DNA of 64,000 bases from a virus, in the IMG/VR virus record IMGVR_UViG_3300029544_000195. One strand, 5' to 3'. Shown here piece after piece: positions 9,070-17,604 of this stretch (the first letter of the stretch is position 1; each line of letters starts with the position of its first letter). The notes under the pieces were generated by a model, which had not been told where the DNA came from, did no database searches, and saw only the letters and a program-made list of their open reading frames with translations. The position numbers were made by a program, and so were the translations under genes.

Positions 9070-9777
9070 TCACCTGATATAAACTTTTTTTGAAAAACGA
9101 TAATAATGATATAAAAAATCACTTCGCAGTTTATGTGGCATTGATTTATGAAATGCTTCAAAAGTATTGGCGTATAGTGTGATAGCGAAAGAATATAACT
9201 TATATTTCTTCATTGCTGCCACTCCTTTTGGCCCGGAGAAATATTGATACATTGCTTCCAAATTTTGAAAGCGTGGCATTTGTGATATTGCATATTGCAA
9301 TAAAACACTAAATCGGCGAACTCCTTCAATTCCACCAATCCAGGTGGATGGAAATTTTGAGGCACTGCCAGTATGAACTCGTTCAAACATAGCAATACAC
9401 TGGTCTTCAATGCTTAACCTGAATTTTTTAGGATATAGAAGATAAGCCAAATAAGTCATATCTAAATCGTCTTTACTATACTCTTGTGGAAAATCAATAT
9501 ATTTATTTACTATCTTAGATAGCTTCATCTTTTTCAATACGTTCGATGTGAGATATCTTCGGATGTCCTGCGGCGTCCATTGCAAATATTTTTCCAAGGC
9601 AAAACGAATAATTTTTAATGCCTGCTCTTGTTTTTGCAGCGGTCCTAAATCAGTAAAATAAGCAACCGGAAAAATATCAGTATTTCCGACATACATTCTC
9701 TCATATTCTTGTAAAATTACTAAATCATGATTAATTGTTACTATGTTGTTGTTACTTTCTTGTAATTTGATATCCAT
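9070..9777 (-). CDS. hypothetical protein (235 aa); lone opposite-strand gene
   Basis: ORF with its own minus-strand motif copy (9824-9834) and RBS. No recognisable domain. Confidence 0.45.
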   Translation of the reverse strand: MDIKLQESNNNIVTINHDLVILQEYERMYVGNTDIFPVAYFTDLGPLQKQEQALKIIRFALEKYLQWTPQDIRRYLTSNVLKKMKLSKIVNKYIDFPQEYSKDDLDMTYLAYLLYPKKFRLSIEDQCIAMFERVHTGSASKFPSTWIGGIEGVRRFSVLLQYAISQMPRFQNLEAMYQYFSGPKGVAAMKKYKLYSFAITLYANTFEAFHKSMPHKLRSDFLYHYYRFSKKVYIR

Positions 9778-9823
9778 AAAACATTACCCGTAGGGGTCTC
9801 CTTTCAAAATAATCCTCTATATT

Positions 9824-9898
9824 TAATATGTCTGTTTTAAAACAAAACGAAAACGATATTATAACAATTTTTTCCTAATTACCAAAACAGACATATTA
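9824..9898. promoter_or_regulatory. divergent pair of phage promoter motifs (minus copy 9824-9834, plus copy 9888-9898)
   Basis: taatatgtctg on the plus strand (minus-strand motif) and cagacatatta. Confidence 0.5.
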
Positions 9899-9935
9899 AA
9901 AATATCAATTATAACAACAAAAAGGAGGAATGAAT

Positions 9936-10436
9936 ATGAATGAATTTACAAAAAATGGAAGAATATTTGTTGATATGGATGGGGTTTTAGCAGAATTTCG
10001 AAAGGGCGTTCCAGAAGAAATGCTTTATCGAAAAGGTTATTTTGCTACTTTACGGCCAATTTCATCAGCCTGTCAGATGTTGAATGTGTTAATTCGGTCA
10101 ATGCCGGAAAATGTTTATATTTTAACATCTTACTTGGAAGATAGTCCTTATGCAAAGAGAGAGAAGCTAATGTGGGCTATGAAATATACGGATATTGACC
10201 CGGAACATATTATTTTTGTTCCTTCATCGGTATCAAAATCAGAGTATGTAGCAGCAACAGAGCTTGATTTGTTGATTGATGATTACGGATTAAATCTTGC
10301 GTGTTGGCACGGTACTCCGGTTAAGTTTGTGAATCCGGTTAATAACACTAAGCGAAAGAAGTATAATCATACTTTGGATTATCGCGATAATCCAATTATG
10401 AATGCGTTTCGTGTTCAGATGTTATTATCTATGTAA
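9936..10436 (+). CDS. 5'(3')-deoxyribonucleotidase (NT5C family, HAD-like)
   Basis: N-terminal IFVDMDGVLAEF matches the NT5C/HAD motif I (DMDGVLADF). Start chosen at the second ATG for RBS spacing. Confidence 0.65.
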   Translation: MNEFTKNGRIFVDMDGVLAEFRKGVPEEMLYRKGYFATLRPISSACQMLNVLIRSMPENVYILTSYLEDSPYAKREKLMWAMKYTDIDPEHIIFVPSSVSKSEYVAATELDLLIDDYGLNLACWHGTPVKFVNPVNNTKRKKYNHTLDYRDNPIMNAFRVQMLLSM

Positions 10437-10450
10437 AGGAGGTCTCGCTT

Positions 10451-10717
10451 ATGGTAGTAAAATCCTATGGAATGGACATAAATATTACTTTTGTCCATCG
10501 AGCAAATGAAATTGATTTAATCGAAGAGTCGATTTCCGGACCACAGTACTTAGGAACTTTGTTTTTGGAAATTGACAACAATGGCATTGGACTTTTAAAT
10601 GCTTTTGACTCTTTATCTCAAAAAGTGGCAAAAACATTAATAGAAGAAGGGCTAATTAAAAAGGCGGAAAAGCAAAATCCATATGCAGTTTATCCGTCTT
10701 ATATCATTAAATTGTAA
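10451..10717 (+). CDS. hypothetical protein (88 aa)
   Basis: AAAGGAGG RBS. Confidence 0.4.
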   Translation: MVVKSYGMDINITFVHRANEIDLIEESISGPQYLGTLFLEIDNNGIGLLNAFDSLSQKVAKTLIEEGLIKKAEKQNPYAVYPSYIIKL

Positions 10718-10728
10718 ATAATTCTATT

Positions 10729-10757
10729 GCCCCGGTATAATGCCGGGGTTTTTCTTT
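10729..10757 (+). terminator. rho-independent terminator
   Basis: GCCCCGGtataatgCCGGGGtttttcttt. Confidence 0.6.
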
Positions 10758-10783
10758 GTAAAATATTTTTATAAATACCAAAA

Positions 10784-10794
10784 CAGACATATTA
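10784..10794 (+). promoter_or_regulatory. phage promoter motif (TACCAAAACAGACATATTAAAA)
   Basis: Motif copy 33 nt upstream of the 10828 start. Confidence 0.5.
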
Positions 10795-10827
10795 AAATTA
10801 TTAAATAAAAAATAGGAGGAAATTATT

Positions 10828-12444
10828 ATGAGTACTTTAAATGTAGTGGAGGTATTATTTAACCATAAACCAGTCGATGTACATTTTCTTAGCAAAAAAA
10901 CATCACAGACAATAACAGTTAGCCCTCAATTTTTATCAGGCAGACATAATCCTGCGTCCCCTGGTGTAAAGATAAGTGGCATTGCCAAGATGTTTGATTA
11001 TTTATATCAAAAAGGCGAACCATGTAGGATGTGTATTTATTTTTCAGCCAAGAATAAAATTGCATATGTTGAATTATCCGTTCCATCTGAAATGATTCAC
11101 AGTTTGATTACGCCAAATGAAGTTCGTGTATATGAAGCTGCCGAATCAATTTCTGAAAAATGGCATTTATTACCACTTATTGCAGTTCAGTGGATGATGA
11201 ATGCGGATTGTTCACTTCTTTCATTTTTAGAAAAAGTTCAAAGTAATATAAGTGCTGTTCAAAATGCAATAGGATTCACTGATGAATTTTATTATTACGG
11301 AAAAGATAAAGGCCTTTTGTCTTCAGTTTCAATTGATTTTGGTAATGCAACCATTTTAGCAGAAGCAAAAAGAGCTTTCCAAAATGGAATGTTTTCCGAA
11401 AAAGCAATAAAATTTGGAGAAATGATATCAGCTCTAGAGCAATATCAAACGAAAAAAGAAACAAATTCATCAAATCAGCAAATTGATTATGAAAAACAAT
11501 GGGAAGAAATCAAAGCTGGAAAATATTTACTGGATTATGAATGGAGAGATGATTTACAAGATTATATCAAACCATTAAGTTTTTTGGATAAATATGTCCC
11601 AGACCGCATGTTTTGGCAATTGTTTCGTATTTTTAAAATACGTACACAAAAAGCACTTACCAGAATAAAAGAAGCTCAAGATGCCGGACTATCATTTCCG
11701 GAGGCACAAAAAGATGATTGTTTAAACATTTTTTTGCATGGCCGCGCCGGTACTGGTAAATCGTACTTATTATACGCATTAAGCGCTGCCTTTGGAATCC
11801 CTGCTCCTTTTACAAACTGTTCAAAGGGAACAGAGGAAGATACGTATGAAGGCATTACAAAAGTTATTGATGGTAAATTAACAGAAATTGAAACATCAAT
11901 GATTAAAGTTTCCCAAAATGGTGGCATGTGGATTGGTGAGGAGTTTGACCTTACTGACCCAGAGGTAAACAAGGGTGTTTTTAATCAATTGACAGAATAT
12001 CCTTATATTGCAATGAAAAGTGGATACAAACCAGTCAAAAGACATCCATTAGCTATTTTCGCAGCCACTTTTAACGTGGGAGAACAAAGCCCTCGTATGG
12101 ACCCGGCGTTATCTTCTCGTTTTGTTCCGTCTTTACGGTTTAAAGACCCAACAAAAGAAGATTTTATTAAACGAATGATAGCTTCCGGAGCCAAAGATGA
12201 TACGGCAAATCAGGTTTATGATGCATATATAAGAATTTTAACTATGCTCAAAGACCCGGATATTAATGGCGAAGAATGTGAGGAATATATTGTTCCTCGT
12301 CTTTGTATTGAAACATGTAATTTAATTGACAAGGACAACTTAGATTTCCGTACAGCGATTGAAATTTGCATGATAAATAAAATCGCAGAAATCAGACCAG
12401 ATGTGGCTGACGAAATTTATGTTGCAATGGATTCATATTTTTAG
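10828..12444 (+). CDS. MoxR/CobS-like AAA+ ATPase with ~290-aa N-terminal extension
   Basis: Walker A FLHGRAGTGKSYLLYAL. Walker B region WIGEEFDL. Adjacent to a vWA partner, the typical MoxR-vWA / phage CobS-CobT arrangement. Confidence 0.65.
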   Translation: MSTLNVVEVLFNHKPVDVHFLSKKTSQTITVSPQFLSGRHNPASPGVKISGIAKMFDYLYQKGEPCRMCIYFSAKNKIAYVELSVPSEMIHSLITPNEVRVYEAAESISEKWHLLPLIAVQWMMNADCSLLSFLEKVQSNISAVQNAIGFTDEFYYYGKDKGLLSSVSIDFGNATILAEAKRAFQNGMFSEKAIKFGEMISALEQYQTKKETNSSNQQIDYEKQWEEIKAGKYLLDYEWRDDLQDYIKPLSFLDKYVPDRMFWQLFRIFKIRTQKALTRIKEAQDAGLSFPEAQKDDCLNIFLHGRAGTGKSYLLYALSAAFGIPAPFTNCSKGTEEDTYEGITKVIDGKLTEIETSMIKVSQNGGMWIGEEFDLTDPEVNKGVFNQLTEYPYIAMKSGYKPVKRHPLAIFAATFNVGEQSPRMDPALSSRFVPSLRFKDPTKEDFIKRMIASGAKDDTANQVYDAYIRILTMLKDPDINGEECEEYIVPRLCIETCNLIDKDNLDFRTAIEICMINKIAEIRPDVADEIYVAMDSYF

Positions 12445-12455
12445 GAGGTGCAATT

Positions 12456-14189
12456 TTGTTTGAAAAAGAATTAAGAAATTTTGAACGTATTTTTCGAGGG
12501 ATAACCGGAAAGCGGTGTGTATGCTTTCCGGAAACACCTCCGGAACTTGGACATACCGATGAAAATGCACATATTTATGTTGCAAAGGACCATGAATATT
12601 ACAAAGGTCTATCTATTGCAGAACAAAAAATGTTTCGGTTGGGAATTTTTACCCACGAAATGCTGCATCAAATTTTTTCTAACTTTTCTTTATTACAAAG
12701 AATGGCAAAAAAATTGGGCGAAAAAGAGTATCGGGTTTTTGCTGAATGTAACAACTTAGTAGAAGATGCCAGTATCGAATTTATGGCATCTAATGTTATT
12801 AAAGGCAAATTATTAAAAGCGTTACAATTCAGCATACAAACAATATATCTTAATACGCCGCAATTGCAGGAAATCCCTTCTCCATATCAACAATTTATTT
12901 GTGCTTTAGTACAATTTGGAGATATGGGAATTTTAAAAGGAGATTTTACTTTCCCGGAATCCAAAGAATGTTTTAATCAAGCAGCTAAATTGTTTGACAA
13001 AGCAGTAGAGAGCCAAAGTACAATTGTAAGAAAAAATTGTGCTGTAAAAATTATGGAAATTGCCAGACCTTTATGGGAGAAGGAAGATTTAGAAGATAAA
13101 TCAAAATCCATTTCAGATTTATTTGGCAGTAGTTCTAAAACCTTAACAAAAGGAGTTTCTTGTTGCGATGGTAAGTCGATTAAAATTCATGAAGATGAAA
13201 CAGAAAATAGCGCATCTGCACGCAGAAAAAAATATTTGAAGAAAAAAACTTCTGGAGCAGATGATAATGATTCGATTCCCGTAATTGCTATTACATCAGA
13301 AGATTTAGACTGGCTTACATCATCAGAAGATTTAGCGGTAAAACGGCAAAGCGAAGAAAAAAAACAAAATCAAGAAGATGCTATAGATAAATCAATTCGA
13401 CCAAACATTTCAGTAGACCGTCTTAGAAATTTAGATGTGGAATGCGGAGTGGAGGAAGAGTACAAAAACCATATGGCAGCTTATCGCCCAATTATAAATT
13501 CTTTTTCAAAAACTTTACAACGCATTTTTCAAAATGATAAAAGTGAAGTTGTAAAAAAGAAAAAAGGGAAATTGAATATTGAGCGATATTATGCTCCTCG
13601 AAAGACTCCTCGAATTTTTGACCGCCGTACTACACCGAAAAATATTAAAGACATGGCGATTACAATTGCAATTGACGAGTCCGGTTCTATGACGGCTGAA
13701 GAAATGGGCAAAAAACGCACTCGAATTGCCAAAGAAGTGGCATTATGTTTCGCAGAAGCTTTTTCTCCATTTAATGTACCATTATATGTCTTTGGTTATC
13801 ATGATGATGTAACACATCATCATTATATTAAATGGCGTAACACAAGAAAAGAACGCACAAAATTACTTGTGTATAATTGTTATGGCTGTAATCATGATGC
13901 AGCAAGCATTAATTATGCAGTTGAATTATTGAAAAGCCGAAAAGAAAAACATAAGCTTTTAATTGTTATTACAGATGGTATTCCATCAATTGGAGAACCA
14001 TTGGACGTGCAGAACGAAGTACGTAAAGCTCGAAAAATGGGATTTGCCGTTTTGGGTGTGGCGATTGGAAATGATGCCACAGAAGCAATAAAAACGATGT
14101 ATGGAAAAGATTTTTTTCATGTTACATCAACAGAGACAGCTTTTAAAAATGTAGCTAAAATCATTTCAAAAATGATTCAATCATGGTAA
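12456..14189 (+). CDS. HExxH metallopeptidase-like + von Willebrand factor A domain protein (DUF2201/CobT-like), TTG start
   Basis: N-terminal FTHEMLHQIF (HExxH). C-terminal vWA with MIDAS IAIDESGSMT and VITDGIP. AGGAGGTG RBS 5 nt before TTG. Confidence 0.6.
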   Translation: MFEKELRNFERIFRGITGKRCVCFPETPPELGHTDENAHIYVAKDHEYYKGLSIAEQKMFRLGIFTHEMLHQIFSNFSLLQRMAKKLGEKEYRVFAECNNLVEDASIEFMASNVIKGKLLKALQFSIQTIYLNTPQLQEIPSPYQQFICALVQFGDMGILKGDFTFPESKECFNQAAKLFDKAVESQSTIVRKNCAVKIMEIARPLWEKEDLEDKSKSISDLFGSSSKTLTKGVSCCDGKSIKIHEDETENSASARRKKYLKKKTSGADDNDSIPVIAITSEDLDWLTSSEDLAVKRQSEEKKQNQEDAIDKSIRPNISVDRLRNLDVECGVEEEYKNHMAAYRPIINSFSKTLQRIFQNDKSEVVKKKKGKLNIERYYAPRKTPRIFDRRTTPKNIKDMAITIAIDESGSMTAEEMGKKRTRIAKEVALCFAEAFSPFNVPLYVFGYHDDVTHHHYIKWRNTRKERTKLLVYNCYGCNHDAASINYAVELLKSRKEKHKLLIVITDGIPSIGEPLDVQNEVRKARKMGFAVLGVAIGNDATEAIKTMYGKDFFHVTSTETAFKNVAKIISKMIQSW

Positions 14190-14197
14190 AGTATTCA

Positions 14198-14225
14198 AAA
14201 AAAGCCCCTTTATGGGGCTTTTTCT
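14198..14225. terminator. bidirectional terminator
   Basis: aaaaaaGCCCCtttatGGGGCtttttct between convergent genes. Confidence 0.6.
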
Positions 14226-15354
14226 AATTAAAATAGTTGTCAATTGACATATCATTTACAATATCTTCTGCAACTAAACGATATTTATTATCATTCGATA
14301 TGTTGCCGACATCTAAATTATAAAAATGTTCCGTAATTGCTTTTTCTGCCAAATTACGGACTGTTCGTGCATTTGCAAAATTAGAGTTTTTCTTTTTTGA
14401 AAGCAATATTTTTTCTAACTTTTCTAATGCTTCTAAACTGACTACCATGTTTTCGGCATAAATCAAATTGATAAAAATTCGCTGCATTTCTTCGATTGTA
14501 TAATCTTCAAACATAAAATAGTTTTTTATGCGAGATGCAAGTCCAGAATTTGAGTTAAATAATTTCTTCATTTCTTTTTTGTACCCGGCTAATATAACAA
14601 TCAGATTAGTTCTTTCGTTTTCCATTTCGTTTAAAATGGTAGATAATAATTGCTGCCCTAGTCCGTAATTGCCTTGGACAAGAGAGTAGGCCTCATCAAT
14701 AAATAATATTTTCCCTTTTGCCCTTGCTAAGAGCATTTTAGTACGTGCAATTGGGTCCTCTCCGGATTTGAAAAAGTTACCATCAACATAAATATATTCA
14801 TTACGTTTTATGTATTTATATTGATATAGAAATCCTGTTAGAATACCGGCAATTGTTGTTTTTCCAGTTCCGGGATTACCTAAAAAGCACATGTGCATAT
14901 TATTAATGGGGTGTTTTTTATCCTTTATTTGCGATTTAAAACGCAACACTTCTTGTTTGACTTTTGTTAACCCGATTAAATCATTTAAATCCTCTTCTGG
15001 ATGCTTACTGCCTTTTTTAACAATGCTTTTGAATTCCGCATCAGACAACAAGGATTCATTTTTTAATAATTGCATCTGTGCTGCCGCATCTCGTTGTTGT
15101 TTTGTTAAATGCTTGTGCTTTCCAGACTTGAATTGACGAGTTGCCTGTTCTAGTCGTTCTTTTCTTAAAAAACTTCGCAAAACAAAACATCCAATCCAAA
15201 ATGCAAATCCAATTACGCCAGCTAAAATATAAGTCAATTGCGTAAAGTGGTAATCATTAATGGATAACCATATCAAACTACCCCAGCCAATAATTGGAAT
15301 GATAAAAAACAAAATGCATCCTAAATTTAATAACAAGGTTCGTAATAATTTCAT
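14224..15354 (-). CDS. membrane-anchored SpoVK/CbbX-family AAA+ ATPase
   Basis: Two N-terminal TM helices. LNDLIGLTKVKQEV...FLGNPGTGKTTIAG...ILFIDEAYSL...VILAGY...SRI, a close match to the SpoVK/CbxX signature. Confidence 0.7.
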   Translation of the reverse strand: MKLLRTLLLNLGCILFFIIPIIGWGSLIWLSINDYHFTQLTYILAGVIGFAFWIGCFVLRSFLRKERLEQATRQFKSGKHKHLTKQQRDAAAQMQLLKNESLLSDAEFKSIVKKGSKHPEEDLNDLIGLTKVKQEVLRFKSQIKDKKHPINNMHMCFLGNPGTGKTTIAGILTGFLYQYKYIKRNEYIYVDGNFFKSGEDPIARTKMLLARAKGKILFIDEAYSLVQGNYGLGQQLLSTILNEMENERTNLIVILAGYKKEMKKLFNSNSGLASRIKNYFMFEDYTIEEMQRIFINLIYAENMVVSLEALEKLEKILLSKKKNSNFANARTVRNLAEKAITEHFYNLDVGNISNDNKYRLVAEDIVNDMSIDNYFN

Positions 15355-15896
15355 GATAATTCTCCTTTCTTTTTTTCATATTGTTGATTGATTTCTACAA
15401 AAATAAGTGCGTCTCCACCATTATCCGGATGGTATTTTTTGACCAGTTTTTTGTATTTTCGCATTAAATCTTTTTTCGTATTACATTTGTCAAAATAACC
15501 GGTTAATGTATTAGACGGAACAACATCAACATTCTCTTTTTGATATTGTTTGAAGCGTTGCTGCTTTTTATAGTCTTGCACGGACTCTTTTAATTGCTCA
15601 AAGTACATGATAAACCGCCCTTTAAGGTTTGTTATTTCATCTAATGTATTATAAATTTTTTCTAATTGACGTTTTCTCTTTAATTTTGTAATTAAAGTAC
15701 GTACTTCATCCAGTTTATCTGTTATCCCCTTGTTTGTTTGCATCATTTTGGCGTAAATTGCATCATCCACAACAGCAGATGCCGCTTCTTCAAGATAATC
15801 AACAATTTGATTCCTTAATGCGTTTATTTGCTGAACATCATCATTAAATTCATCAATCAGAGCGTTCTTTTCGGATAATAGGGTATAATTCATCAA
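15351..15896 (-). CDS. J-domain (DnaJ-like) protein
   Basis: C-terminal KKDLMRKYKKLVKKYHPDNGGD (HPD motif). 4-nt ATGA overlap with the downstream AAA+ gene. Confidence 0.6.
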   Translation of the reverse strand: MMNYTLLSEKNALIDEFNDDVQQINALRNQIVDYLEEAASAVVDDAIYAKMMQTNKGITDKLDEVRTLITKLKRKRQLEKIYNTLDEITNLKGRFIMYFEQLKESVQDYKKQQRFKQYQKENVDVVPSNTLTGYFDKCNTKKDLMRKYKKLVKKYHPDNGGDALIFVEINQQYEKKKGELS

Positions 15897-17352
15897 GCTC
15901 CTCCTTTTCTTGTTGAATAGAAAATTCTTCTTTGTTAAACAAATAGGACCATTTTTGATAGTCTCTAATAATTTGAAACTGCTTTAATATTTTGACTGAC
16001 CATAATTTTCGCTCTTTAATTAAGCCGGAGACTAATCGCTCTACTTTTTTTTCTGAAACATGTAAAATATGAGCGATTGTTTTATTGGTTTTGTATTTCT
16101 TTTTTAAAGCAATAATGGTTCTCTTTTCTTTTTCTAACTGCTTTTGTTTTGTGTTCGTTTTCCTTTTTTCATAGTATTTTTTGCAATAAGCAGCATTGTT
16201 TTTTACTTTTGGTTGAATGCACTGTAAATTAAGGCGTTCTCCCAATTCTTTTGAAACACCTAATTTTTCCATAAGTGTAGATGTTTTCATGTAATAATTT
16301 TTATGTATCGCAGTACAGATGCAATTTTGCAATTTTTTTTCGGACAAAGGGCAGTTAAAATTGTCATTAAACTGCCAAAGAGCAGCCCATACTTTATCCA
16401 TATTGCAATATAACAATTTTGCGTGAATATAAAAGGCAAAACATAATTGATTACGATGCCCAATTTCTGCATGATTTTGTTTATAATATTCTTGTATTGT
16501 CTGAATATCTCTTATTCGTGAAATATTCAATTCTTTGCATGAATGATGATGCTTCTTTTTTTTGCTTTGTTTTTTCCAAGCAGAATACCATACTGGGTTT
16601 TCCCATTCGCCCAATACAATATCCATATAATCCATTAAGGTTTTGCGTTTTGGAGTATCTAGAGCCCAGCCATCATGGTCTAATTCATTTTCTTCAATTA
16701 CTTTGATTTCTTTATACGCAGCGGTCCAATCGACACAATATGTTTGCAATTCATTATTCCATTTATAACTAATTTTACTTACTTTAGCATTTTTTGTGTT
16801 ATAACTGCCCGGCAATCGAATGAATGATTGAAGACCTTGTGTCTCTGCACAAAAATCAAAAAGCGGATATTCATTAATTTTTGCCACCAGTTTTTTTTGT
16901 ACCAAATCTAAAGCTTGCATTTGTTTTTTTCCGGAGACGTGTCCATTTAACAAGTAAATAAGGCGAAACTGATTGCCGTATTCAATGTAATATGGAACTG
17001 GAATAATAGAATTATCATGATATAATTCGCGAATTGCGCAAATTGCTTCTTCTACAGAGGCAGACTTATCTCTGCCAAACTTATAATCAACATCAATGCA
17101 GAAAGCATAGCAATTAAAAATATCATTTCGTGTTCCGGTTAAATTTGCTTTGTTTTTAAAGGTGTTAAAGCTCATATAAACATCTTCTCTTGGAAATCCG
17201 GATAAAACTTTAGTCAAATTATTAGCTTTTTTTAACCAGGAAACCTGATGAAACTCCTGCTTTGCTATAGTCGGACACCAAAATTTAACTAGTTCTGCGC
17301 CGGTTGCTTGTTCAAATATGGAATTAAAGAGAGTAGTATAATCCATATGCAT
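15853..17352 (-). CDS. DNA primase/replication protein (AEP-like N-terminal domain + PriCT_1 domain + C-terminal HTH)
   Basis: CIDVDYKFGRD acidic motif. Region GHRNQLCFAFYIHAKLL...FNCPLSEKKLQNCICTA matches the PriCT_1 pattern. C-terminal KTNKTIAHILHVSEKKVERLV looks like an HTH. Confidence 0.5.
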   Translation of the reverse strand: MHMDYTTLFNSIFEQATGAELVKFWCPTIAKQEFHQVSWLKKANNLTKVLSGFPREDVYMSFNTFKNKANLTGTRNDIFNCYAFCIDVDYKFGRDKSASVEEAICAIRELYHDNSIIPVPYYIEYGNQFRLIYLLNGHVSGKKQMQALDLVQKKLVAKINEYPLFDFCAETQGLQSFIRLPGSYNTKNAKVSKISYKWNNELQTYCVDWTAAYKEIKVIEENELDHDGWALDTPKRKTLMDYMDIVLGEWENPVWYSAWKKQSKKKKHHHSCKELNISRIRDIQTIQEYYKQNHAEIGHRNQLCFAFYIHAKLLYCNMDKVWAALWQFNDNFNCPLSEKKLQNCICTAIHKNYYMKTSTLMEKLGVSKELGERLNLQCIQPKVKNNAAYCKKYYEKRKTNTKQKQLEKEKRTIIALKKKYKTNKTIAHILHVSEKKVERLVSGLIKERKLWSVKILKQFQIIRDYQKWSYLFNKEEFSIQQEKEELDELYPIIRKERSD

Positions 17353-17378
17353 GTGCTCCTTTCAAAAGTCTATAAGTG

Positions 17379-17425
17379 TAATATGTCTGTTTGAAATGAA
17401 AATCGAAATCATATTATGAGCAAAA
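17379..17425 (-). promoter_or_regulatory. bipartite phage promoter (minus strand) driving the primase/J-domain/AAA+ operon
   Basis: Reverse complement reads GCTCATAATATGATTTCGATTTTCATTTCAAACAGACATATTA. Confidence 0.5.
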
Positions 17426-17574
17426 ATTTAGCAGATGAGCTTCAAAGTTTCCCAAGAGCGGTACAAACAATACCTATACATATAGTCTGTGAAAAAAATG
17501 AGGGTAGTAAGAAAATGTATTGATTTTGGTGTGTAATGAGCCATTTCCCGTTGATTTAAGAAAAAATGATATAA

Positions 17575-17585
17575 CAGACATATTA
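17575..17585 (+). promoter_or_regulatory. phage promoter motif
   Basis: ATAACAGACATATTAAG 19 nt upstream of the start. Confidence 0.45.
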
Positions 17586-17604
17586 AGACTAAGGAGGAAT
17601 TTAT

